DNA of 64,000 nucleotides from Gemmatimonadales bacterium (lineage in GTDB: Bacteria > Gemmatimonadota > Gemmatimonadetes > Gemmatimonadales > GWC2-71-9), in NCBI GenBank assembly GCA_041577295.1, contig JBFGJG010000010.1:43681-107680 (forward strand), in the 5' to 3' direction. How positions within the stretch are numbered: the stretch's first letter is position 1; every line of letters starts with the position of its first letter. The translations under genes were made by a program, and so were the position numbers. Below the pieces are notes generated by a model. That model did no database searches, was not told where the DNA came from, and saw only the letters and a list, made by a program, of their open reading frames with translations. Shown here one piece after another: positions 37,729 through 47,084 of this stretch.

Positions 37729-40700
37729 TTAGAACGAAAACCGCGCGCCAGCCGTAAAGGTGCGCGACCGCGGGAAGCTGAGATAGTCGATCCCGCGTGC
37801 GCCCACCCCGGCGGTGGTATGCGCCTCCGGATCGTATCCTTCATACCCAGAGAGCAGGAACAGATTGTCGGCCGACACGTAGAACCGCGCCGAGCGCGCC
37901 GCGCCGATGAACGCGGGGAGATCGACCGAGTACCCAACGGTGATGTTCTGCATCCGGAAGAACGACGCATCTTCAATCCAGCGAGATGAGAAGATTGCTG
38001 GCTCGTCGATCGAGTCGTCGTCATCCAGCGAGGAACGCAGGAAGTTTTTCCCCTGTTTCACATTGCTCCGCGCACCGTGGACCAGTGCGGTGTTGTTGAA
38101 CACATCACGACCCTGCTCCCAGCGAGCGATGAAGCTGGCGTCGAGGTTGCCCAAGGTCATCTGACCGCGGAACCCGACGGTGAAATCCGGATTGGCCTCG
38201 CCAATCGGCACAAAGTCATCGCCGCCGGGATCCGAGGTCCGGCCGACGATCGAGCCATTCTCGTAGTCGTTGAACTCTTGTTCGCCTGCGGCGTTGATTC
38301 CCACGAACTCCGGTCCGTAGAACGTTCCCAAAGCAAACCCGGGGAGAATGCGCTGCGAGACCTGTCCCGACTGCCCCTGGCCGCTGACCAGACCGGTGGT
38401 GATGAACGAGCGACCACCGAGGTCGATGACTTCGTTGCTCTCCGCCGCGAAGACGACGCCCATCTGCCAGGTCAGATTGGATGAGTTGATCAGCAAGGCG
38501 TCGAGCGAGGCCTCGAGACCGCGGTTGCGTACTTCACCGATGTTCTCGAAGCGTGTGGACTGGACCGCGGGCTGCGGGACGGGGACTTCCAGCAGCAGGT
38601 CGGTCGTATTCTTGACGTAGTACTCGACGGAGCCGGAGAACCGGTTGTCGGCAAAGCCGTAGTCGAGCGCGATGTTGAACTGTGAGGTTTCTTCCCACTT
38701 GAGCTCTGGATTTGCCGCCCTGGTCGGTGCTACGCCAACCGTCTTGGCATCCCCAAACGGGTAGCTATCGCCATCGCTGGGCGCCAGGATCAGCAGCGAC
38801 GCATACGCCGGTACGGCCTCGTTTCCTTGCAAACCGTACCCGACGCGCAGACTCAGCTCGGAGAACGGCCCATCCTGCATGAAGTTCTCTTCGCTGATGC
38901 GCCACCGCGCGGACACCGCTGGGAAGGTGGCCCACTTGTTGTCAGCACCAAACTTGGTGGACCCATCCCGGCGGAGCACACCCGTCAAGAAGTACTTGTC
39001 GTTGAAGCCGTATGTGAGGCGGCCGAAGAACCCAATCAGCCGGTTCTCCGTCCGGTTCGAGAACGGCGACACGAGCTGTGCACCCGCCGCCAAATTGTCG
39101 AAGTTGAACGCATCCGTCAGGAAGTTGCGAGCCTCAGCTCGGAACTGATCCTCGGTGTAGTCGTTGTACTCGTAGCCGCCGACAAACTCGATGTCGTGCA
39201 CGTCGGCAAACTGGCGGGTGTAGGTCATCAACGTCTGCAGAGTGACGGCCGTCAGCTCACGACTCGTCTGCCGAGCGAGCCCGTTGAACTGAGCGCCGAC
39301 CGGGTTGGCCCGGGGATAGTACTCGCGCCGAACAGCCTCGCTCCGGTCCACGCCAACGATCAGCTGGCCCCGTAGGTACGAGGTGATGTCGAGTTGCGCC
39401 CGGAGGTTGCCGAGCACGCGGGTCGTGCCGGCGAAGTCGGCGATCTGCTCCGACATGGCCACGGGGTTACGCACCGATTGGACACCTCTGCCGAGCTCGA
39501 AAAAGGTCTCGCGCCCCGTGGCCTGATCGGTCACCATGATGGGCTGGGTCGGATTGAACTGCACCATGTTCTGGAACACGCCACCCTCGAACCCGCCCCG
39601 ATTCTCAAATGGCAAATAGTCGTTGTCGATGTGGGAGGCGGTGAGGTTGAGACGCAACTGCAGCCGGTCATCAAGGGCGAAGTGTGTCCCGTTGAGACGC
39701 GCCGTGAAGCGCTCAAGCGCGCTGCTGAGGGCCACACCTTCTTGATTCATGTAACTGAGGGACGCCCGGTACTGCGTGGACGGCGTGCCTCCAGAGAACG
39801 CCACGTTGTGAGTGTGCGTCACGGCGCTTCGGGTAACTGCATCCTCCCAGTCCGTGTTCGCGCTGCCCAGCGCATCAAGCGCCGTCGCTGGGAGACTGCC
39901 CTCGCTCACCTGCGCCTGCACAAACGCGCGGTATTCGTCGCCGCTGACTAGCCCCAACGTGCGAGACGGCGTGGCGTAGGAAACGTACCCATCGTATTCA
40001 AAGACGGTTCGGTCTCGCTGGCCCTGTTTCGTCTCGATCAGGATGACGCCGTTCGCTCCGCGGGCGCCGTAAATGGCGGCCGCCGCGGCATCCTTGAGCA
40101 CCGTAATCGATTCGATGTCGTTGGTGTTAACCAGGTTGAGCGGGTTGCGGGGGAGGGAAGCACCCTCGGGGTCATTCACGCCGTCCGGTCCAAAGCCGAT
40201 CCCGACGCCGCCGGGCTCCGTCGGCAGATTCTGCACGACGACCCCGTCGATCACGTACAGCGGATCGTTGCTCGCACTAATCGACGTGCCGCCGCGAATC
40301 CGGATCTGCTGGCCAGCTCCCGGCTCACCGCTGTTCTGCGTGATCTGCACGCCAGCCACTCGGCCCTGGATGAGCTCATTGGCGTTCGTCACCACGCCGA
40401 CGTTGGCTTCCTCGGCGTTGACCGATGCCACCGACCCGGTGATGGCTACGCGACGCTGAGCGCCGTAGCCCGTGACCACGATCTCATTGAGCACCACGGC
40501 CTGGCGTGTCAGCGAGAACTCGACCGTCGTCGTCTGCCCGGCACGCACCACGACCTCCTGTGTCACGGGGGCGTGTCCGATGAGACGGGCCGTCACCTGA
40601 TGGGTTCCTGCGGGCACGTCGGTGAGCGTGAACCCGCCGTTCGGTCCGGTTGTGGTCCCCCGTCGAGTGCCTTCGATCTCGACGACGGCACCGGCCAAGG

Positions 40701-40824
40701 CTTCCATCGTGACGGCATCCGACACGCGTCCTGAAATGGTACCGGTCTGCATCTGCGCTGGAAGCTGGCCGACCCACAAGAGACCGCCAATGAATGTGAG
40801 ACTGAGCTTACGGGCGATTTTCAT
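37729..40824 (-). CDS. susC: SusC/RagA TonB-dependent transporter
   Basis: GGAGG RBS before MKIARK; N-terminal carboxypeptidase-regulatory-like domain; VVTGYG; plug DPLYVIDG/LKDAAAAAIYGARGANGVILIETK; LKWEET; C-terminal F. Confidence 0.95.
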   Translation of the reverse strand: MKIARKLSLTFIGGLLWVGQLPAQMQTGTISGRVSDAVTMEALAGAVVEIEGTRRGTTTGPNGGFTLTDVPAGTHQVTARLIGHAPVTQEVVVRAGQTTTVEFSLTRQAVVLNEIVVTGYGAQRRVAITGSVASVNAEEANVGVVTNANELIQGRVAGVQITQNSGEPGAGQQIRIRGGTSISASNDPLYVIDGVVVQNLPTEPGGVGIGFGPDGVNDPEGASLPRNPLNLVNTNDIESITVLKDAAAAAIYGARGANGVILIETKQGQRDRTVFEYDGYVSYATPSRTLGLVSGDEYRAFVQAQVSEGSLPATALDALGSANTDWEDAVTRSAVTHTHNVAFSGGTPSTQYRASLSYMNQEGVALSSALERFTARLNGTHFALDDRLQLRLNLTASHIDNDYLPFENRGGFEGGVFQNMVQFNPTQPIMVTDQATGRETFFELGRGVQSVRNPVAMSEQIADFAGTTRVLGNLRAQLDITSYLRGQLIVGVDRSEAVRREYYPRANPVGAQFNGLARQTSRELTAVTLQTLMTYTRQFADVHDIEFVGGYEYNDYTEDQFRAEARNFLTDAFNFDNLAAGAQLVSPFSNRTENRLIGFFGRLTYGFNDKYFLTGVLRRDGSTKFGADNKWATFPAVSARWRISEENFMQDGPFSELSLRVGYGLQGNEAVPAYASLLILAPSDGDSYPFGDAKTVGVAPTRAANPELKWEETSQFNIALDYGFADNRFSGSVEYYVKNTTDLLLEVPVPQPAVQSTRFENIGEVRNRGLEASLDALLINSSNLTWQMGVVFAAESNEVIDLGGRSFITTGLVSGQGQSGQVSQRILPGFALGTFYGPEFVGINAAGEQEFNDYENGSIVGRTSDPGGDDFVPIGEANPDFTVGFRGQMTLGNLDASFIARWEQGRDVFNNTALVHGARSNVKQGKNFLRSSLDDDDSIDEPAIFSSRWIEDASFFRMQNITVGYSVDLPAFIGAARSARFYVSADNLFLLSGYEGYDPEAHTTAGVGARGIDYLSFPRSRTFTAGARFSF

Positions 40825-41400
40825 ACAACTGCCCTCCACGGATGGAAATGGAATTGTGCTGCGAAATAGTACGAAGTGAGCAGCGCCGTCCCTCGGATGG
40901 AGGAGCGGTGGCCGCTGACCCTGTTGTGATTGTGCGTTGCTCCGATCAAACGTCCTACTCCCGGCCTGAGCTCGACACCTGGGGCACGAACACACGCCGA
41001 CTTCCACTGAACCGGCAATTGGGCACACGCAGACCGTGGGCCTCTACATCGCAGTGGCGGGGGCAGCTGCCGGTCTGATAAAGGATAGAAGATCCACGCA
41101 GGTACAAGGATGTCAAGCTTGGAACAATATCTGGGCGTTTCGGGGCGATCCAGACGGAAACCCTTGCCGGGGAGCGTGTTCCAGCCCTGGACGGTTGTCC
41201 CCGAAGAGACCGCCAAAGAGGATTCCAGGTCCAGGTAATCACCGAGTAAGCACCGATCCATGATGGGGCTGGCCGCGCTAATCAGGGGGTAAGCACCCTC
41301 CCGTAGGTTCTTCCGCGAGAAGCAAATGGCTTTGCTCCGCTCCGCGGCGACCGGGTCGCCCCGGTGCGAACGAGTGACGAGAGAACCATAGGGAGGACCA

Positions 41401-41913
41401 ATGAATCGCCTATCAATGCCAGCGCTCGGCGTGATCGCCACACTCATGCTGGGATGCAACAACGATCCCGTATCCAGCCGACCGGAGAACACGTACGATG
41501 CTCGGGTGAGCGGCGCACTCACGAGGGACCTGCAAGGCACCGCGCGCTTCGAGTTTGGCAACGGCGGGTACGGTGGTCCGGTGCTTTCCTTACTATTAGG
41601 AACCGGAACGTCAGATGATCTGATCGTCCTGCAGATCAGAAGCACTGAGCCCCCTGCCGAGGGGAAGTACCCGATCAATTTTGCGACAGAGCCCGTCGAA
41701 GGCGCGTGGATCGCCTCCTACGTCACCTTCAACAACGGACAGATGCGGGACCAGTTCAGCGCCACGGAGGGGGTGGTGCGGATCCTCCAGTCGAGCGCCG
41801 GGCGGATTAGGGGCTCCTTCGAGCTCAAGGGAGAAGGAACCACCGGCGGATCGTCAGCACAGGCTGCCGCGGAGGTCACCATCGTGGGTGCCTTTGACGC
41901 AGGTCGTAACTGA
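41401..41913 (+). CDS. Hypothetical beta-rich lipoprotein
   Basis: GGAGG RBS, lipobox MLGC, followed by a terminator. Confidence 0.75.
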   Translation: MNRLSMPALGVIATLMLGCNNDPVSSRPENTYDARVSGALTRDLQGTARFEFGNGGYGGPVLSLLLGTGTSDDLIVLQIRSTEPPAEGKYPINFATEPVEGAWIASYVTFNNGQMRDQFSATEGVVRILQSSAGRIRGSFELKGEGTTGGSSAQAAAEVTIVGAFDAGRN

Positions 41914-41943
41914 GAGGCTGCCGCCAATCTGAACTCGCCTCAC

Positions 41944-41980
41944 CACCCTCGCGCGATGGGCGCGCGAGGGTGATGCTTTT
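41944..41980 (+). terminator. Intrinsic terminator
   Basis: CACCCTCGCGCG-ATGGG-CGCGCGAGGGTG followed by ATGCTTTT. Confidence 0.7.
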
Positions 41981-42055
41981 CGTGAGACCCTCTTGCTGAA
42001 CTGGTCAGCTCCCTAGATTCTCTACCTGCTCCGATCGCGAGAGATTCTACTGCCA

Positions 42056-44683
42056 ATGGCTACCAACCTATGCGACTCCTGTGGCCAATCCGTCGCCGCG
42101 GATGCGAGCTACTGCGTGCACTGTGGCGCGGAGCTCGCGGCGGGCGCCGACCTGACGGTCAAAGCGGATCCGCACGAGTTGCAGGAGCAAGGAACGGCAG
42201 GATGGGATTCGGTCGTTCGGTCGCTTCGTGAGGCAACAGAGGGTCGCTACGAGATCGAAGCCACACTGGGGCAGGGTGGGATGGGCGCGGTCTACCGGGC
42301 GCGTGATTTGGTTCTCGACTGTCCCGTCGCCATCAAAGTCATGCTCCCCGGTGTGGGTCTCGACGCCGATGCGGTCGAGCGGTTTCGCCAAGAGGCACGT
42401 ACGATAGCGGGACTTCGGCACCCCCATATCGTGACCGTCCACGATCTGCGACAGCACGGCGGTCTGCACTTCTTCGTGCTGGACCTCATTGCTGGAAGCT
42501 CACTCGATACCATCATCAAGCGCGCCGGAAATCTGCCCGTGCCCGTCATCCGGCTCTGGCTAGCCCAAGTGGCGAGCGCCCTGGAATTCGCTCATCGGCG
42601 GGGCGTGATCCATCGCGACATCAAACCCGGCAACATCCTGATCGACGCCGAAGGCAACGCCGTGCTCACCGACTTCGGGATTGCCAAGCTCCAGGTCAAT
42701 CCCAAGTGGAAAACCGTCACGGGTGGGTTCCTTGGCACGCCGCACTACGCGAGTCCCGAGCAGTGGAAGGGTGAGCCCGTCACACCGGCGAGCGATCAGT
42801 ACTCACTCGGGATCGTGGCGTACGCGATGCTGACGGGGTCTCCGCCGTTTGACGGGGACTCCATTGCCGATCTGCTGATGGCCCATACCAATGAGGCGCC
42901 GAAGTCGGTCGGCATACTTCGTCCGGACTGTCCGCAGGATCTGGCGAAGGTCGTGCATCGTATGCTGGAAAAGAACCCCACCGCACGGTGGCCGGGCTTG
43001 CGGGAGATCGTGAGCACGCTCGGAGCGCCACCGCCCCCCAACGACGAAGTCTGGTCGCTGGCGCGGTCGCTCGCGGCCGGCAAGGGTATCGAGGCGACGC
43101 CCGAGAGCCGCACGTGGGTGACGCCGCTCCCTGAGCCCAAGGCACGCTCGATTACTGGAACCATCACCCATTGGTTCAAGCCCAAGCGCCGGCGGGTGGC
43201 AGCGGGTGGTGCGGTTGCCTTGACAATAGGCATCTTGGCGGTGGCATGGCCGGCGAGCGACGAGACCGCCGCGCCGTCGGAGGAAGCCGCCATCGCGCCA
43301 CCGCCGGCGGACACGCTGGAGGCGCCGCCACCGGTGCCGTCGCGAACGCTCGCGGAAACGGAGGCGACGCCCACCGAGAACGCACCCGAAGACATGACGA
43401 CCGCTGCATCTGCCGTTCGACTGACCCTCTCCCGCACAACGCTGCGGGTTGGTGATTCGGTGCGCCCGGAAGTTTTGTTGCTCGGGAATGATGGACGCCC
43501 ATTGGGAGCGACGAAGGCGGCGCTCACCGTGACCGACACACGGGTCGCCCGGGTCACTCCGAGCGGTTGGATCGTTGGCATCGGTCCAGGATCAACGAAC
43601 CTCGTGGCGCGTGCAGCCAGCCTCGAGGCGCGCGAGGTGTTTTCGGTTGCCGCGGTTGCGCCGCCGTTCCGTAGTGTCTCGGCTGGGGGCGATCACACCT
43701 GTGGGATCGCCACGGACGGATCAGCCTACTGCTGGGGTCGCAACGATCGAGGACAGGTTGCGGCCGGACTCCCCGAGACCCAGCCATTCCCGTTCCCCCG
43801 CGGCGGACGCTTCGCCGCCGTGAGCGCCGGCGGAATGATTACGTGCGCGTTGGGACAGGATCAGGCCGTCGTATGCTGGGGTGCCACGTCCGGTCCCCGC
43901 GGGCGATATCGCTCCGTGACGACAGGAGCGCGGCACGCATGCGGCATCATGGCGAGTGGCTCGGCTGCCTGCTGGGGTGCGAACGATCGCGGCCAGCTCG
44001 GGATCGGGAGCACGGCGGCAAATGCGCTGGGACAGGTGGTGGAAGGTGAGTATGCGTTCGACATGATCGCGGCCGGTGCCGAGCACACCTGCGGGCTGCT
44101 TGGTGGGCGGGTCTACTGCTGGGGGAGTGACGTTGTCGGCCAGACGGGGACGGGAACGCTCGAGCGCGGCATGGTGACTCAACCGACCGAGGTCGAGGGC
44201 GACCATGGATATCTCGTATTCGTTACTTCGGGAACCAACCACACGTGCGCGCTGACACGGGTGGGCACGGCGCTGTGCTGGGGCGCCAACGAGTATGGCC
44301 AACTGGGAGATGGGTCAAAGCAGCCACGGCACGCCCCGCGACCAGTAAGGCCGCCCATGGGCGGGTCGAACACGCTGGCTTTCGAGATGGTAACGGCAGG
44401 AACAACGCACACCTGCGGCCTGAACAAGAACCAGCGCGTCTTTTGCTGGGGAGACAACCGATTCGGACAACTAGGAGACGGCACGACCACGGGACGGGTC
44501 GTGCCAGTTCAAGTGCGGCTCACCGAACCAGCTACCTCCGTGAGCGCGGGACGCGCCCACACCTGCGCGGTCCTGGCGTCAACCGCCGTGCAGTGTTGGG
44601 GCGCCAATGGAGATGGTCAACTGGGCGACGGCACCTCCGAGGACCGCGCGCGTCCGGTCACCCCTGGACAGGTGACCGGCTAA
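42056..44683 (+). CDS. Transmembrane Hanks-type Ser/Thr kinase with zinc ribbon, Ig-like domain and RCC1 repeats
   Basis: CDSC/CVHC; GQGGMG, VAIK, HRDIKPGN, DFG and YASPE; one TM segment; repeated GxxHTC...CWGxNxxGQLG. Confidence 0.92.
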   Translation: MATNLCDSCGQSVAADASYCVHCGAELAAGADLTVKADPHELQEQGTAGWDSVVRSLREATEGRYEIEATLGQGGMGAVYRARDLVLDCPVAIKVMLPGVGLDADAVERFRQEARTIAGLRHPHIVTVHDLRQHGGLHFFVLDLIAGSSLDTIIKRAGNLPVPVIRLWLAQVASALEFAHRRGVIHRDIKPGNILIDAEGNAVLTDFGIAKLQVNPKWKTVTGGFLGTPHYASPEQWKGEPVTPASDQYSLGIVAYAMLTGSPPFDGDSIADLLMAHTNEAPKSVGILRPDCPQDLAKVVHRMLEKNPTARWPGLREIVSTLGAPPPPNDEVWSLARSLAAGKGIEATPESRTWVTPLPEPKARSITGTITHWFKPKRRRVAAGGAVALTIGILAVAWPASDETAAPSEEAAIAPPPADTLEAPPPVPSRTLAETEATPTENAPEDMTTAASAVRLTLSRTTLRVGDSVRPEVLLLGNDGRPLGATKAALTVTDTRVARVTPSGWIVGIGPGSTNLVARAASLEAREVFSVAAVAPPFRSVSAGGDHTCGIATDGSAYCWGRNDRGQVAAGLPETQPFPFPRGGRFAAVSAGGMITCALGQDQAVVCWGATSGPRGRYRSVTTGARHACGIMASGSAACWGANDRGQLGIGSTAANALGQVVEGEYAFDMIAAGAEHTCGLLGGRVYCWGSDVVGQTGTGTLERGMVTQPTEVEGDHGYLVFVTSGTNHTCALTRVGTALCWGANEYGQLGDGSKQPRHAPRPVRPPMGGSNTLAFEMVTAGTTHTCGLNKNQRVFCWGDNRFGQLGDGTTTGRVVPVQVRLTEPATSVSAGRAHTCAVLASTAVQCWGANGDGQLGDGTSEDRARPVTPGQVTG

Positions 44684-45570
44684 CCAGACGCTCTGACCTC
44701 GTCTCCTTCCGCGGCCTCACCTTCAACGATCGTACACATCGAGGACTGCGACAGCACTCTGGTCACTTCGATGACTCCGACTTTCTCGGTCACACTGTCG
44801 AGTAGGTTGCCGCTCGCATCACGAATCTCGTCGACGACGCGATAGACATCGAACCGCTGTCCCACCGTCACATCGAAGTTCTCACCTCGATCGATGTACA
44901 CCGAGGCTTCACGAGTAGCGACGATGGTCCCTTTCCCGGCTGGTGGCGCGATGCTCGCAAACTGATCGATTTGCGCAACGAGCTGCTCCACGATGTCTTC
45001 GACAGCCGGTCGCAACGCTTCCTGCGCCAGTCCCGCGTCGTAGCTCTGCTCGAAGCTCACGTTGTTGATGGCTCCGCCCCCGAAACGCTTCTTCCCTTTT
45101 CCCTCAGCGACCGACATGATCTCCGCCGTGGTGGTGTTCACCGCGCGGATGTCCATCATGCTCTCGGCCTCTGAGAATGACGCGCCAATCCCACCGATCC
45201 CCGCCCGCTTGGTGTCGATCGAGAACTGGGTTATCGAGCCGAGCAATACCACCTGGACGCCAAGGATTTCACCGAGCGCGGCCGCCGTGGAAGGATTGAC
45301 CCGGCCACTCTGGCCGAGTCCCTGCTCTGCGAGAATCGCCTCGATCTGACGGCGTTCGATCACGGAGAACTGGCCACTTTTTACGAGCTGGGTGGTGAGC
45401 TCATCAGACGCTGCGGCGCCCAACTGATCTCCCCAAAAATGCCACGTGCTGTTGTTCTCGAGCGGAAGGACGGCGACTCGGACCTTTTGCGCCTGGACGG
45501 GTGAAGGGGTCAGAAAGGTGCTGGTCATGACCAGTACCGTACCGAGCGCGGCGACGGTGAGAACCCTCAT
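44680..45570 (-). CDS. CsgG/HfaB-family secreted protein
   Basis: AGGAGG RBS; signal VQA-Q; RVAVLP...FSVIERRQIEAILAEQ...GSITQF. Confidence 0.8.
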   Translation of the reverse strand: MRVLTVAALGTVLVMTSTFLTPSPVQAQKVRVAVLPLENNSTWHFWGDQLGAAASDELTTQLVKSGQFSVIERRQIEAILAEQGLGQSGRVNPSTAAALGEILGVQVVLLGSITQFSIDTKRAGIGGIGASFSEAESMMDIRAVNTTTAEIMSVAEGKGKKRFGGGAINNVSFEQSYDAGLAQEALRPAVEDIVEQLVAQIDQFASIAPPAGKGTIVATREASVYIDRGENFDVTVGQRFDVYRVVDEIRDASGNLLDSVTEKVGVIEVTRVLSQSSMCTIVEGEAAEGDEVRASG

Positions 45571-45644
45571 CGGATGACCTCCTGGGGGGGACACCGTGAA
45601 TCTATTCGGCGGTCGCTGTCCGCGGGTAGAGGACGTCATAAGAC

Positions 45645-45665
45645 GGCCGGAGAGCCTCTCCGGCC
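45645..45665. terminator. Hairpin downstream of the diheme peroxidase gene
   Basis: GGCCGGAGA-GCC-TCTCCGGCC. Confidence 0.45.
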
Positions 45666-45699
45666 TTCTCTGCCATTCCTGCTCTCGCTAATCCTGCCT

Positions 45700-47061
45700 C
45701 TAATTCACAGACAGTCCACTCGGCACACTTCGCGGGACGAGACCACTGAGATCGCGCGCTGCCGGATCGGTGAGCGACTTCAAGAACGCAACGAGATCAC
45801 TCATCTGCTGGTCGGTGAAGTCAAAGGGCCTTTGCAGTCGGCCGTCGAGTGTTGCGAGGATATCGGCGATCGTCGCGTCGTCGCCGTGATACATCCCGCG
45901 CAGTTCGGGTGCAATCTGCGTGACGTCGTAGTCTCTGAGCGCTGCCGGCACATCCGAGTAGTGGCGCACGACGGCGTCGAGCGTCGGATACGCTCCGGAG
46001 TGCATGTACGGCGCGGTCAGCTCGACGTTACGCAGGGGCGCAACCCGAAACGCAAACTTGTAGAAGTTGTGCTCCGTAACTATCAGCTCACCAAACCCGT
46101 GGTCCAGTGGTGCGGCGTTGCCAACACCCGGCCCGATCTGGGGCGCTCCAACGTTGGCGAAGCTTTGGGCACCCAAGAACGGCCCATTGTGACACGTCAC
46201 ACATTGAGCCTCGCCAAAAAACAGTTGCGCGCCACGCTTTTGTTCGGTGGTCAGCGCCGCGTCGTCGCGGTCGAGGTAACGGTCGAATGGGGAGTTGGTT
46301 TTTGTGAACGCGCTCATCTGGAAGGTGGATAATGCTTCAGCGGCGTGTGTGAAACGCAGGGTGCTCGCCAAGACATTTGGGAACGCCGCTTCAAACATCT
46401 GTACGTACTCTGGGCTGGCCAGCAGCCGGGCCATGAGCGCCTGCCAGATCTCCGGGGTCTGGCTATCCTCGAACTCGGCCAGGTCGTTGGGTTCGCCAAA
46501 CACATCTTGGTCCCCAGGCATCCCACGCATCTCGCGTCGGTTGAGCACGGGGAGCAACGCCTGTGCGGTGAGGATATGCCGCAGACCGGGTGGGAGAATG
46601 GTGTCACCCTGGAGCGTGAATCCACCGCCCTGGAATCCGGACAGCCGAGCATCCCAGAACATGTAGAACGATCCCAAGCCCGAGTTGAGCAGAGACGGCG
46701 CGTTTCGCGGGACGAACTCACGCCCGGGGCCCAACGTGCGCGCCGGCCCTACTCCCGAGCCGCCCGTTCCCACGGCCAACGACAGCCCGTCGCCTAACGA
46801 CGCGCTGGGGTCATGACACGTGGCGCACGAAATGTCTTTGTTGCCGCTCAAGATCTTATCGAAGAACAATGCCTGACCCAGCGCGACCTTTGCGCTGTTT
46901 TGCGTCGGCATGTTGCCGATTGGGATTACACCCCACGCGGCGATGTTTCTCCGTAACTCGGCGTCGATCGTCGGTCCCGGTGGCTCCGGCGACGTTGTCG
47001 CGCCGTCACACGCCACGAGCGTAAGCGCGCCGAGGCACAGCCCATACCCAAAGTGCTTCAT
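45700..47061 (-). CDS. Diheme cytochrome c peroxidase superfamily (bCcP/MauG-like) lipoprotein
   Basis: Lipobox LVAC; LFFD..LS..SCATCH, RNAPS, FWDAR, CVTCH and LRNVELTAPYMHSG. Confidence 0.9.
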   Translation of the reverse strand: MKHFGYGLCLGALTLVACDGATTSPEPPGPTIDAELRRNIAAWGVIPIGNMPTQNSAKVALGQALFFDKILSGNKDISCATCHDPSASLGDGLSLAVGTGGSGVGPARTLGPGREFVPRNAPSLLNSGLGSFYMFWDARLSGFQGGGFTLQGDTILPPGLRHILTAQALLPVLNRREMRGMPGDQDVFGEPNDLAEFEDSQTPEIWQALMARLLASPEYVQMFEAAFPNVLASTLRFTHAAEALSTFQMSAFTKTNSPFDRYLDRDDAALTTEQKRGAQLFFGEAQCVTCHNGPFLGAQSFANVGAPQIGPGVGNAAPLDHGFGELIVTEHNFYKFAFRVAPLRNVELTAPYMHSGAYPTLDAVVRHYSDVPAALRDYDVTQIAPELRGMYHGDDATIADILATLDGRLQRPFDFTDQQMSDLVAFLKSLTDPAARDLSGLVPRSVPSGLSVN

Positions 47062-47084
47062 GGTCGTTCTCCTCGGAGCCTGGC

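Noticed and set aside
40825..41400. ECF motif, LacI operator or riboswitch upstream of susC
   Set aside because: No convincing match found by eye, so direct ECF control of the PUL is not claimed.
40821..41678. 285-aa minus-strand ORF upstream of susC
   Set aside because: Overlaps the + strand lipoprotein, which has an RBS and terminator; no recognisable features.
44680..45570. Curli secretion system
   Set aside because: No csgA/B/E/F-like genes, and no lipobox on the CsgG-like protein.
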